64,000 nucleotides of DNA from Enterobacterales bacterium (GCA_041914905.1 JAYSCL010000001.1:43917-107916), one strand, 5' to 3'; positions 37,119 to 47,011 are shown, counted from the stretch's first letter. Translations and numbers: made by a program. Notes: a model not told the origin generated them from the sequence alone.

Positions 37119-37778
37119 ATGGCAAACATCATGTTGGGACTAAAAGCCCATACCGCTTGCTTCGATGTCGACGCGCAGTACACCTTTACACCGGTTTGCC
37201 CACAAGAGTTACCCGTACCTGGCGGTGATGAGATTGCAGCGGAACTTAATGCTCAAGCCCAGTTCGCGGCCGTTCGGGTCGGATCAAAAGACGCCCACTC
37301 ACCTCACGCCGTTTGGGTTGCCGATGAAAAGCATCCGCAATTTTCACCGGTAGCTGGTGACAACGTTGACATCCACTGGGTGCAACACGCGGTGCCCGGT
37401 AGCAAGGGTTTTGAGTTACTGGCGACCTTGCCACACCCAGCCGATTACGACTTTTTTGTTTGGAAGGGTGTTGAGCTCGATATGCATCCTTACGGTGCGT
37501 GTTACCACGATCTGCGTGATCGCTTGAGCACCGGCGTCATTGAGTACCTGAGAGCACATCAGATCCAAACGGTTATCGTTGGTGGCTTGGCAACCGATTA
37601 CTGTGTCAAAACTACGGTCATGCAATTACGCCGTGCCGGATTCGAGGTGGTGGTCAATTTGGGTGCCTGCCGCGGCATTAACAAAGACACCATCGACGCC
37701 GCTATCAAGGAAATGAAGAACGCCGATGTGCGCTTTGTTGCAACCGCGGCAGAGTTACAAAATCTGATCGCGGCGTAA
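37119..37778 (+). CDS. pncA: Nicotinamidase (isochorismatase family).
   Basis: The isochorismatase-family layout is present, with a catalytic Cys in VIVGGLATDYCVKTT. It is first in the NAD-salvage operon. Confidence 0.75.
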   Translation: MANIMLGLKAHTACFDVDAQYTFTPVCPQELPVPGGDEIAAELNAQAQFAAVRVGSKDAHSPHAVWVADEKHPQFSPVAGDNVDIHWVQHAVPGSKGFELLATLPHPADYDFFVWKGVELDMHPYGACYHDLRDRLSTGVIEYLRAHQIQTVIVGGLATDYCVKTTVMQLRRAGFEVVVNLGACRGINKDTIDAAIKEMKNADVRFVATAAELQNLIAA

Positions 37779-37794
37779 TTTGGGGTAACAGAAA

Positions 37795-38961
37795 ATGATT
37801 ATCGAATCGCTGCTTGATACCGACTTATACAAATTCACCATGATGCAAACGGTGTTGCATCAATTTCCATCGGCTCAGGTGGAGTACCGCTTTAAATGCC
37901 GCAATGCCGGTATCGATCTTAAAACGCTGGTTCCTGTGATTGAGCAAGAGCTTGATCACTTGTGTCAGCTGCGTTTTCAGCCGGAAGAGCTCGATTATTT
38001 AACGACATTGCGCTTTCTGAAATCTGATTTCATCGACTTTTTGCGTTTGTTCCAACTGAACCGTGACTACGTGCAGATCACGACCGATCCCGAATTCGAC
38101 ATCGTCATTCGTGGCCCATGGCTTCACACCATATTGTTTGAGATCCCGCTGCTGGCGATTGTTAACGAGAGCTACTTCCGTCATACACAGCCCAACGCGA
38201 ATTATGACGAAGGACGTCAGCGTCTTAAGCGAAAGATCGATTTGGTCAAAAACTTGAAGCCATATGACCGCTTCCAGTTTTCGGATTTTGGTACTCGCCG
38301 CCGCTTCAATCGGCGGTGGCACTACGAGGTGGTTGATCGCCTAATCGCTGAACTACCTCATCAGTTAACTGGCACCAGCAATGTGCATTTGGCGCGAACA
38401 AGAAAAATCAAACCGATCGGCACGATGGCACACGAGTTTTTGCAGGCCTGCCAGGCCTTGGGCGTGCGACTGGCCGATTCGCAAAAGTTTGCACTTGAAA
38501 CCTGGGTCAAAGAATACCGTGGCGATTTGGGTATTGCCCTGACCGATGTATGCGGTATTGATGCGTTTTTACGTGACTTCGATCTTTACTTCTGCAAATT
38601 GTTTGACGGTGTGCGTCACGATTCTGGCGATCCGTTTATCTGGGGCGAAAAGGTGTTGGCGCATTATCAAAGCATGCGTATTGATGCTCGCAGCAAAACC
38701 TTTGTGTTCAGCGACGGTTTGACGTTTCCACTCGCGCTTGAACTCTACAACCGATTTAAGGACCGCACCAACACCGCGTTTGGCATTGGCACCAACTTGA
38801 CCAATGACATGGGTTACGAAGCGCTCAATATCGTAATCAAAATGACCGAATGTAATGGCCAGCCGGTCGCAAAGCTAAGCGACTCACCCGGAAAAACGAT
38901 GTGTCGCGATGAAACTTATCTAGCGTACTTACGCAAAGTATTCCAAGTTGGCATCGAATAA
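37795..38961 (+). CDS. pncB: Nicotinate phosphoribosyltransferase.
   Basis: The N-terminus [21 protein letters not shown] and the ~390-aa length match PncB. Confidence 0.85.
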   Translation: MIIESLLDTDLYKFTMMQTVLHQFPSAQVEYRFKCRNAGIDLKTLVPVIEQELDHLCQLRFQPEELDYLTTLRFLKSDFIDFLRLFQLNRDYVQITTDPEFDIVIRGPWLHTILFEIPLLAIVNESYFRHTQPNANYDEGRQRLKRKIDLVKNLKPYDRFQFSDFGTRRRFNRRWHYEVVDRLIAELPHQLTGTSNVHLARTRKIKPIGTMAHEFLQACQALGVRLADSQKFALETWVKEYRGDLGIALTDVCGIDAFLRDFDLYFCKLFDGVRHDSGDPFIWGEKVLAHYQSMRIDARSKTFVFSDGLTFPLALELYNRFKDRTNTAFGIGTNLTNDMGYEALNIVIKMTECNGQPVAKLSDSPGKTMCRDETYLAYLRKVFQVGIE

Positions 38962-38975
38962 TAGGGAAGAAGAAC

Positions 38976-40673
38976 ATGAAAATTTTAATGGTACAATGCA
39001 ATTTCACCGTTGGTGATTTCTCGGGTAATAAACAGAAGATCATGGACATCATTTGGCGCCATGGTCACGACCACGATTTGATCGTGTTTTCGGAGTTGTG
39101 TTTATCGGGCTACTACCCGATGGATCTGATTCATCAACCGGGTTTTTTAGCCGCACAACACGATGTGATCGGTGAGCTAAGGATCGCCACACAATCGTTA
39201 AAAGCCGCGATCGTGATTGGCTTTATCGATCAGAACCATTGGACCGGCAAAGCGCATCACAATGGCTTGATGGTGTTAGCCAAGGGCGTCACCCAACTTG
39301 TCTATCACAAGCGATTGTTGCCCACTTACAACATCTTTGATGAAGCACGCCATTTTGAGCCAGGCAATCTGCCCGGCATGTTAATGCTAAATGGCGTGCG
39401 CATCGGTTTTGCGATCTGTGAAGACTTGTGGAATGACGATGAAGATGGCGACTACGCGATGATGCCGATTAAATTGTTGGCGCGTGACAATCCCGACTTT
39501 ATTGTCAGCATTAACGCATCGCCGTCGAATTTGCATAAACACAGCGAGCGTCTGGTCCGTTTCCAAAAGCTCAGCGCGAAGTATCAGATCCCGTTGGTGT
39601 ATGTGAATCAAGTGGGTGGCAACGATGAGATTGTGTTTGATGGCAATAGCTTTGTAACCGATGAGAAAGGTCAGCTGCGCGTTCAACTGAAAGCATTTGC
39701 TGAAGATGAGGCCTCGATTGAGTTCAATACTGAACAGGGATTTCGGACACTGACCGAGGCCAAGTTCAACGCACCAACGGATGCTGAGTTTTACTACCAG
39801 CAAATTGTTATGGGCTTACGTGACTACGTGGAAAAGTGTGGTTTCCGTTCCGTTGTTGTCGGCTCTAGTGGTGGTATCGATAGCGCGCTGACATTAGCCC
39901 TCGCTCGCGATGCTTTAGGTGCCGAGCATGTCGCCGCGATCACGATGCCTTCACGCTACTCGTCACAAGGCAGCGTTGGTGATTCCGAAATTCTGTGTCG
40001 CAATCTTGGCATTAAATTGTTTAATGCGCCGATTGAAGCGCAGTTTAAACAAGCCACCAATGACTTCACCGCAGCATTTGGTCATGCGCCATCACGATTG
40101 ACGCAAGAGAATATGCAGGCGCGTATTCGTGGTCGTATCTTGATGGAGTATTCCAATCATCACGGCAACCTGGTGTTGTCGACCGGCAATAAAAGCGAAA
40201 TGTCGGTTGGTTACGCCACCTTGTATGGTGATATGAACGGTGGACTGAATTTGATTGGTGACCTATACAAAATGGAAGTGTATGCGTTGGCGCGTTATTT
40301 CAATGAAAGACACGGACGCGAATTAATTCCGCAATCGATTATTGATAAGGCGCCTTCTGCCGAATTGTTCGAAGGTCAAACCGATCAGGACTCATTGCCG
40401 CCTTATCCGGTGCTCGATGCGATTTTGCGTTTGTATGTCGAACGTGATTTGTTGATCGCTCAAGAGATTGAAGACAACAGCGCGTTGATCGCGCGTTATC
40501 CTGATGTCGATATTGATCGTGTATTACGCATGGTCGATATCGCCGAATTTAAACGTCGGCAAGCACCACCGATTATTCGTGTGCACAAAAAATCGTTCGG
40601 TATCGGCCGTCGAATTCCGATAGCCAAACAATGGACAAGCCCTGCGGATGCTGTGGTGATTCAACATGGTTAA
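38976..40673 (+). CDS. nadE: Glutamine-dependent NAD+ synthetase (a nitrilase domain fused to an NAD-synthetase domain).
   Basis: It has an N-terminal CN-hydrolase domain. The C-terminal PP-loop reads VVVGSSGGIDSALTLAL. It is 565 aa. Confidence 0.85.
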   Translation: MKILMVQCNFTVGDFSGNKQKIMDIIWRHGHDHDLIVFSELCLSGYYPMDLIHQPGFLAAQHDVIGELRIATQSLKAAIVIGFIDQNHWTGKAHHNGLMVLAKGVTQLVYHKRLLPTYNIFDEARHFEPGNLPGMLMLNGVRIGFAICEDLWNDDEDGDYAMMPIKLLARDNPDFIVSINASPSNLHKHSERLVRFQKLSAKYQIPLVYVNQVGGNDEIVFDGNSFVTDEKGQLRVQLKAFAEDEASIEFNTEQGFRTLTEAKFNAPTDAEFYYQQIVMGLRDYVEKCGFRSVVVGSSGGIDSALTLALARDALGAEHVAAITMPSRYSSQGSVGDSEILCRNLGIKLFNAPIEAQFKQATNDFTAAFGHAPSRLTQENMQARIRGRILMEYSNHHGNLVLSTGNKSEMSVGYATLYGDMNGGLNLIGDLYKMEVYALARYFNERHGRELIPQSIIDKAPSAELFEGQTDQDSLPPYPVLDAILRLYVERDLLIAQEIEDNSALIARYPDVDIDRVLRMVDIAEFKRRQAPPIIRVHKKSFGIGRRIPIAKQWTSPADAVVIQHG

Positions 40674-41019
40674 TGAAACTGTCACGCTGTTTCGTCCCAC
40701 CGGACCGAATGAGCTCAAATTGGTTGAACAAAGTGGTTTTCGGCGTTGGCCACCACGGTTACCGGAGCAGCCGTTTTTTTATCCGGTAACCAATGAGCAA
40801 TACGCCGCCGAAATTGCACGCAACTGGAACGTTAAAGACAGCGGTTCCGGTTACGTCACGCGCTTTCAAGTGAAGAAAGCGTTTATGGATCGCTATCAAG
40901 TTCAAACCGTTGGCGCCCGCCACCACACCGAGTGGTGGGTACCGGCAGAGGAGTTGGAAGCATTAAATGACAATATTGTTGGACTCATCGAAGTGATCGG
41001 TGAGTTCAAACGAGAATAA
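40666..41019 (+). CDS. Hypothetical 117-aa protein, translationally coupled between nadE and kptA.
   Basis: It overlaps the nadE stop by 8 nt. Its own 3' end overlaps the first kptA start at 41000. No motif was recognised. Confidence 0.35.
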   Translation: MVNETVTLFRPTGPNELKLVEQSGFRRWPPRLPEQPFFYPVTNEQYAAEIARNWNVKDSGSGYVTRFQVKKAFMDRYQVQTVGARHHTEWWVPAEELEALNDNIVGLIEVIGEFKRE

Positions 41020-41032
41020 CAACGGAAGAAGT

Positions 41033-41566
41033 ATGAAAGACGAGAAAGTCAGTAAATTTTTAAGTTATGTGCTGCGACACAAACCCGATGCCATTGGCTT
41101 GCAATTGGATGCCAATGGCTGGGTCGATGTTGAAGAGCTGCTGGATAATATGGCTTACGCCGATATGGCGATATCGATTGAGACACTGCAACGCATCGTG
41201 CGCGAAAGCGATAAACAGCGATTTGCCTTTAGTGAAGATGGCGCACGAATTCGCGCCAATCAGGGGCACTCCATAAATGTTGATTTGGCATTGCCCGATC
41301 GAGAACCGCCCGCCGAGCTCTTTCATGGCACGGCAACACGCTTTTTGGAATCTATCAGGAAGGACGGTTTGATTCCGCGCTCACGCCATGCCGTTCATCT
41401 GTCAGCCAATTACGAAACTGCACTCAATGTTGGTCAGCGCCATGGCAGCCCGGTTGTACTGCGTATCGCTTCGGGAAAAATGTTTTCAGCGGGATTTCGT
41501 TTTCAGTGTTCAGAAAACGGTGTCTGGCTTACCGAAAAAGTGCCCGCCGAATTTATTTCGGTCTGA
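41033..41566 (+). CDS. kptA: RNA 2'-phosphotransferase KptA/Tpt1. An alternative start lies at 41000.
   Basis: The sequence is close to E. coli KptA throughout (SKFLSYVLRHKPDAIGLQLDANGW...RANQGHSI...LFHGT...RHAVHLSA...GQRHGSPVVL...ENGVWLT). It has a GGAAGAAG Shine-Dalgarno before the ATG at 41033. Confidence 0.85.
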   Translation: MKDEKVSKFLSYVLRHKPDAIGLQLDANGWVDVEELLDNMAYADMAISIETLQRIVRESDKQRFAFSEDGARIRANQGHSINVDLALPDREPPAELFHGTATRFLESIRKDGLIPRSRHAVHLSANYETALNVGQRHGSPVVLRIASGKMFSAGFRFQCSENGVWLTEKVPAEFISV

Positions 41567-41591
41567 CTGATTATTTTTAAGGAAAATAGTA

Positions 41592-42203
41592 TTGAATCTT
41601 GTAACTCAACTCTATGTTGAGCAATTAAAACACTGGCCTGAGTCCGGCCAACATATCATGGCTCAGTTTGATGAACACTCCATTATTGTTTATCAGGCTT
41701 ACCGACCAGCCATTGCGGAATACGCCGTACAGCATCAACAATTCGGTGGTGAGTTTAGTTTTGCTCGCATGAGTTGGATAAAACCAAACTTTTTGTGGAT
41801 GATGTTTCGCTCCGGCTGGGCCAACAAACCCGGGCAAGAACATATTCTTGCCATTCGCTTACGCCGGCAGTTTTTTGATGAATTATTGTCGAACGCCGTG
41901 GCGTCAACATTTGATACTAAAAAATTTGAGAACCGGGAAAGCTGGAAGGCTTCAGTCGAAAATTCCGAAGTAAGACTGCAATGGGATCCGGATCATGATC
42001 CCTTTGGTGCACCAATTACCAGACGCGCAATTCAACTCGGGCTGCGTGGTGAAATGCTAAAACGATTTGCTACAACTGCGCTTTTAAGCGTCGAAGACAT
42101 AACCGATTTTGTGCGAATGCAATCTCGACAGTTAGAAAGTGGCATCCAAAATTTGGTAGTTCCTATTGAAACCAGCTACAGCGGACCCGTTATTGGCCTG
42201 TGA
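41592..42203 (+). CDS. Conserved hypothetical protein, last gene of the NAD-salvage/kptA operon. No function was recognised.
   Basis: A 203-aa ORF with coding-like composition lies 25 nt after kptA. The start is uncertain (a TTG, or the internal Met at 41658). Confidence 0.4.
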   Translation: MNLVTQLYVEQLKHWPESGQHIMAQFDEHSIIVYQAYRPAIAEYAVQHQQFGGEFSFARMSWIKPNFLWMMFRSGWANKPGQEHILAIRLRRQFFDELLSNAVASTFDTKKFENRESWKASVENSEVRLQWDPDHDPFGAPITRRAIQLGLRGEMLKRFATTALLSVEDITDFVRMQSRQLESGIQNLVVPIETSYSGPVIGL

Positions 42204-42237
42204 CGTCCAAAACTAGAAATCTCTGCCTATATCTGTC

Positions 42238-42429
42238 TCAGTTTACGGGGTGTGGACAGTAGTACTTGAGAGTGACCTGCATGCTCGTTACACGGTTGGT
42301 GCCAAAGAAGACGTAGTCGTTTGCCGCCTTTGAATCCTCACGCTCAAACGCAATGTTCTTCGACAAATCGGTTAGCGACTTCTTTATCTCCAATGGCGCA
42401 TGCGACCCTTCGATGTATAAGGTGGTCAT
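42238..42429 (-). CDS. Small hypothetical protein coupled to the DUF3010-like gene.
   Basis: The 63-aa ORF starts with an ATGA overlap onto the stop of the upstream gene at 42426. Confidence 0.3.
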   Translation of the reverse strand: MTTLYIEGSHAPLEIKKSLTDLSKNIAFEREDSKAANDYVFFGTNRVTSMQVTLKYYCPHPVN

Positions 42430-42854
42430 TTTTTAGCCGCTTGCTTTGCCAAAGCTGCGCAGGCTGTACGGAATGCCTCCTCTTGGTATTTGTTCAGCGA
42501 ATCAGGAGAAGGGAAATCATGCTTGCGAGCCTGTGCGGCAATAGTCTGAGCAGATAGCAGTTCGACTTGTATTTCTTTGAGTAGCTGAAAGACCCCCTCA
42601 ATCTTGAAGGTTGTGGGGCCTCCTGCGTATTCTCCGTTCTTCGCACGCATCTTGATGACCACGTGGGAGACCTTGTTGTCTCGAAGGAACCCAGCAACAA
42701 GATCTGCAAATGACTGAACGTTGGCGGCTTTATCGTCGTCTGCCAGTGTAATTCGCTTGGTCGCGGTGGAGATGTAGTTGAACTGTCCCTCCGCCAACTC
42801 GGTGACGGCGAAGATAGCTTCGCTGCCCTTGATCTCAACGCCGCAAACTCGCAT
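42426..42854 (-). CDS. DUF3010-like hypothetical protein.
   Basis: A 142-aa ORF. The family assignment is from memory of an N-terminal pattern resembling MRVCGVEIKGSEA.... Confidence 0.35.
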   Translation of the reverse strand: MRVCGVEIKGSEAIFAVTELAEGQFNYISTATKRITLADDDKAANVQSFADLVAGFLRDNKVSHVVIKMRAKNGEYAGGPTTFKIEGVFQLLKEIQVELLSAQTIAAQARKHDFPSPDSLNKYQEEAFRTACAALAKQAAKK

Positions 42855-42905
42855 AGAAGGCTCCTAGAATGTCTAACGTTATGCCGTCGTGCGCGCAAAA
42901 TGCGA

Positions 42906-44852
42906 TCACTGGTTGGGCCAATCCGCTGGAACAAGTGCAGGTGGCTTGGTCCACGGCTCCTCAACCAGCGCATCCTGAAACCACTGATCGCGCAGGTTCG
43001 CATGCTCAGTGACAATTAGTTGGAAACCTGGAACATCGTTCTGGGTGAACTTTAGCAACAAGTCGAACAGCCGGCGCACAGCATCTAGGTCGGCGTCGGC
43101 TTCCGTCTTCTGCACCGAACCATCAGCATCCCTATAAACCTGCTCAGAGGGGAAATAGACCTGGGTTGGTTGGTCGATCAACAGGAAGCGCGGAATCGGA
43201 CGGTTGTTCTGTGCCGCGAATAGATGCAGGGCGAGCAATGCTGACAGGTGGTAGGCCAGATGGTTCTCGCCGCCACCGGTCCTGCCCATCGACACAGGAC
43301 GCTCGGGTCGATCGAAGATTATTGTCAATTGCGGCAGGTTGAGCCGCGCAGGGTAAGGACCGAATTCGGCGTTGAACTTTTGGATGTATCGCGACACCTG
43401 TGCGGAGATGTTGTTGAGGATCGATGTCAGGCGTTCGCTGCTGTCGTCAGCACCGATCTGCTCCTCAAGCTGCTTCACTTTGTTGCTGAGACGGCGATTC
43501 TCTGCTTCCAGTTTGGCAAGATCCTCATTCGGGAGGAGCGTTTCTAGGAACAGGCTGATACGGCCGACCACGCGCGCGGCCGCGTTGTTGCGGGTTCCCA
43601 TCTGGGCGATGAATTCATTGGCCGAGATCGCCGCGGATAGCTCCGCTTCCTTCTGCTTGATATCGCCTGCGATCCCATCCGCTTTGCCTGTTAATTCGGC
43701 AAGGTAGGCTTCGAGCTTGGGGCGCTGGCCGCTGGCAATGCGCAACTCATTTTCGAGCGATTCCAATTCATTGAGCAAGACGATGGCGACTGGGGATTCC
43801 AGCGCCAAGTTCTGCTCGCTGAACGGCCATTGCCATTCGCCGCTGTCTGGATTCTTCGGCAGTGCCTTGATTGAGGCCAGCCGGTCTATCTGTTCGGCGG
43901 CCTCATTTTCGTAGCCGCCAGCCCGCTTGGCGAACTGTCGTGCCGCGTCAATCCGGGCCTGCGTATCTCGGCGATCCTGACGCAGTTGGGCCAGCTCATC
44001 TTCCAGAAACGAGACCCGGCTGCCGTCGTCGTCTGGCACGGTTTCGGGATTCCACGACAGCGCCAACCTCAAGGCATCAATGATCCCGTCGGTATTCGAG
44101 TTCTCGTCGGTGTTGCGGATGACCCCGACCGTTTTGGCTTCTGAGTAGAGGCCGATAGCCTGTACATGCGACGTGTCGACGGCGTCGCGCGCCTGCTCCA
44201 GCTTCTTGTTGCTAATCCTCAGATCGCGCTGCGCTAAGCGCAGCTTGGATTCCAACTCGTAACGATCGTGAGAGGAGACGCCAAGCAAGATTGGCAACGT
44301 GTCGCGGATCGCTTGCGGTTGAAACTGCTCGTTCTGGCGATAGAAAAGTTGATCCTTGTTGGCGACAAGCCCCTGCTTCTGGAACAGGTAATAGAACGTG
44401 TGCTTGACGTTCGCGTCGTAGCTATCTCGACTGTGCTCAAGAGCGACTTCGGTGCGGTTCTCGGGAATTCCAAGCAAGCGCGACAGCAGTTCGACAATGC
44501 TGTCATCGTCAGTGTTGACCGCCAGATCCTTGAACTCGGGCACCTGCAATTGGGCCCCCCTTCGCAACATTGCCGTGCTGCAACTGGCGCCACCCCCGGG
44601 CGGGGTCGGCTTGGCAACCAGCACCTGTTCTTTCTCGAACTGGTAGATCACGGCGAACCAAGACACTTTGTCACGGATGATGCCTTCCGGAACGTTGAAC
44701 GACGAGCGTCCCATGCAGTATTCGATAATCTCGGAGAGCGCAGACTTGCCGGTGGAGGAGCGGCCGGTGATAACGTTGAGTCCGTCTACCTTGAACCGGA
44801 GGTCACGGCGCTGGCTGCCATGGCTGTAGATGTGGATAGATCTGATCTTCAT
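42906..44852 (-). CDS. SMC-like ABC ATPase of a three-component ABC (ABC-3C) conflict system (DUF3732-like).
   Basis: The N-terminal Walker A reads NVITGRSSTGKSALSE. A long coiled-coil middle region follows. The C-terminal Walker B/D-loop reads FLLIDQPTQVYFP. Its start overlaps the stop of the upstream gene. Confidence 0.6.
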   Translation of the reverse strand: MKIRSIHIYSHGSQRRDLRFKVDGLNVITGRSSTGKSALSEIIEYCMGRSSFNVPEGIIRDKVSWFAVIYQFEKEQVLVAKPTPPGGGASCSTAMLRRGAQLQVPEFKDLAVNTDDDSIVELLSRLLGIPENRTEVALEHSRDSYDANVKHTFYYLFQKQGLVANKDQLFYRQNEQFQPQAIRDTLPILLGVSSHDRYELESKLRLAQRDLRISNKKLEQARDAVDTSHVQAIGLYSEAKTVGVIRNTDENSNTDGIIDALRLALSWNPETVPDDDGSRVSFLEDELAQLRQDRRDTQARIDAARQFAKRAGGYENEAAEQIDRLASIKALPKNPDSGEWQWPFSEQNLALESPVAIVLLNELESLENELRIASGQRPKLEAYLAELTGKADGIAGDIKQKEAELSAAISANEFIAQMGTRNNAAARVVGRISLFLETLLPNEDLAKLEAENRRLSNKVKQLEEQIGADDSSERLTSILNNISAQVSRYIQKFNAEFGPYPARLNLPQLTIIFDRPERPVSMGRTGGGENHLAYHLSALLALHLFAAQNNRPIPRFLLIDQPTQVYFPSEQVYRDADGSVQKTEADADLDAVRRLFDLLLKFTQNDVPGFQLIVTEHANLRDQWFQDALVEEPWTKPPALVPADWPNQ

Positions 44853-45337
44853 GGACGAATCCCGAAAGTCGTATAAACGGTCGCCCGATCGGCGATGCGT
44901 GCAAATTCCTTTCCGACGATCCGCGCCACTTTCTGGCAGGCGACGGTTTCGGCGGTTCCATCGATGCTCTTGCGGACCTTTCTTGATACGGTCTGGATGC
45001 GGCCATCGTCCGCGACGGTGATGCAGCCTCTTTCCATCAGTAAACCGAACCCCTCGAAGGCATACGGCAGTATCTGCGTAACCCGGTCGGCGAAGCCCAC
45101 CATGATTTGCTGGTTCTTCTCTACGGTCTTGAGCAGGTAGCTGCGTGGACTGCTGGCGATCACCTCGCGCGAATCCTTATGCAGGCACAGGGGCAGCACA
45201 AGCAGCGACAGCGAGAATGGCATGCCGCGAGCGTCTTCTTCCTCGTAGCCGTGCAGGGCGCGGAACAAGACCAAGCCACAAAAGGCAGGATTGAACAGGT
45301 TCCGAATTTCAAAGGGGCGCTGATCCCATCGCTTCAC
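44849..45337 (-). CDS. ABC-3C middle-component protein.
   Basis: A 162-aa ORF sits between the effector and the ABC ATPase with ATGA-type overlaps at both ends. The size is typical of ABC-3C middle components. Confidence 0.5.
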   Translation of the reverse strand: MKRWDQRPFEIRNLFNPAFCGLVLFRALHGYEEEDARGMPFSLSLLVLPLCLHKDSREVIASSPRSYLLKTVEKNQQIMVGFADRVTQILPYAFEGFGLLMERGCITVADDGRIQTVSRKVRKSIDGTAETVACQKVARIVGKEFARIADRATVYTTFGIRP

Positions 45338-46569
45338 GAGGCCTCCCCCAGGATCTTGCCAAGACGGTCGAGGAATCTGGGATGCCAGTAGACCTTGGGT
45401 TTGGGGGTGGAATCCGCCAGGATGTGGAAGCTGCCGCGAAGGACATAGGGTTCCGTCACCCGTGCACGAATGCGTAGAGATTCGATCTTTCCAGTCTCAA
45501 ATTCCGCCCAGTTATAGAGAGTCGCGCCGGCTTCGCGCAGTGCTTTTTCCGCGCTATCGTCCTTCAGCTTCTCGAAAGCGAAATCCTTGTAGCGGCCCCA
45601 CTCATCGGTGAGGCGGTCTTCGTACTCCTCGACCTCTCCCAACATAAGCAGGTTCTCGCGTGCCCAGGCCGATCGTTGTTCGAACGCTCGGTAATAATCC
45701 AGAATCGCGCTCCTGATCCGATTGGAGGAAATACCGATCTCACGCAGTTGCGCCACGAACAGGCGCGGATCTGTATCAGTGTCAATCTCATCGGCGGGCA
45801 GCTTTCCGCGGAAGGTGATAGGCAGGTTGTCCGCCTTGTATTCCTCGGCGAAGTTTGAGAGCTTGTCCGACACTTCGTAGCCGAAGATCCCTTCCGGCCT
45901 AGCTCCGGTCAAATGCTTGATCACGGCATCAGTCCACCAGCCCTCCAGCCGCTCGAAGACAAACTCGCGGTGCTCGCGCCGGATGGGCCGCATGTGCTTG
46001 TCTCTGATGAGCGCCGGGATGTCGTCTATGCGTGGGCTGCCATCGAGGATCAGGATGCGTCCGAGAAAGTCCTGCTTTTCGGGGTCACTTAGTTCGTTGA
46101 ACGCTGCGGCTGTCGGCGCGATGAGTTTCGATGTCGATTTGGCAAGCGCCGCATCGGCCAGTTCGGAGAGCGCTGCCGCATCACGCGAGGCGACAGGCTT
46201 ATCGGGGAGAAGAAGGGCAAGAAATGAGCCGGTGGACACCGTGCCAGTAGTGAACAGGAAGAACCGCATGTTCGATGCAGCGCGGCCATCCCGTTTGTAA
46301 CGCGCCAGCCAGATATTTACGGACTTCCAGAAATCGGTCGACAGGTCGGTCAAACTATCGCCAATCGCCTTGTGTTTGAGTGAGGCTAGGGACTTGCCAC
46401 CGCTACCGTCGATAAAGTCGAGGTCGTCGTCCTTTTCTAGGAAGATGGCAGTGTCTTCAGGCAATTGAAGCAGTTGCAGCAGCGCGAGACGTGCCTGGTA
46501 GATATATCCCAGCCCCTGCTCGCCGGCAGAGTATTGGTCAGTGGCTTTCCTTGTCATTGGTATAATCAC
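45334..46569 (-). CDS. ABC-3C effector component with an N-terminal Cap4-like (DUF4297) restriction-endonuclease-fold nuclease domain.
   Basis: The N-terminus GLGYIYQARLALLQLLQL...FLEKDDDLDFIDGSG...KHK shows a G-x-x-YQ start and a D...EK...K pattern. It is the first gene of the three-gene operon. Confidence 0.45.
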   Translation of the reverse strand: MIIPMTRKATDQYSAGEQGLGYIYQARLALLQLLQLPEDTAIFLEKDDDLDFIDGSGGKSLASLKHKAIGDSLTDLSTDFWKSVNIWLARYKRDGRAASNMRFFLFTTGTVSTGSFLALLLPDKPVASRDAAALSELADAALAKSTSKLIAPTAAAFNELSDPEKQDFLGRILILDGSPRIDDIPALIRDKHMRPIRREHREFVFERLEGWWTDAVIKHLTGARPEGIFGYEVSDKLSNFAEEYKADNLPITFRGKLPADEIDTDTDPRLFVAQLREIGISSNRIRSAILDYYRAFEQRSAWARENLLMLGEVEEYEDRLTDEWGRYKDFAFEKLKDDSAEKALREAGATLYNWAEFETGKIESLRIRARVTEPYVLRGSFHILADSTPKPKVYWHPRFLDRLGKILGEAS

Positions 46570-47011
46570 CCCTTAGCATCGACACGCCATCGACGACGAT
46601 ACATTCTCTCCGTCATAACGTGAGTTCGGCCCCCGAGTAGGGGCGTTTTCTCACGCCTTTTAGGTGGATATATCCGGTTTCGATGATTGTAAGTGCCCGA
46701 TTTAATTCGACCTCACCAGAAATAGGGTCGATTAGGGCTCAAAAGGATAGGCGCCTTGGACGGCAAACTTAAGCTACTCCGGCTTGGTCGACAAGAGCCG
46801 CATTTCCGTTCTCACAGATATCAACTCGACCGTCTGCTTCTGGCCGATAGGCGACATTCAAGCCTTAATATATATGCTGTAGGCATTTTATGTGTTGCGA
46901 TAAAATGGTAGTTCGCGAAGGCTGTTTGCTACAACATCAATCATCCATAAATTTACAAAAGCATCGGAAAAGCCGAAAAATCGCCAAGAATAGATTTTTG
47001 TTGTTAAATAA

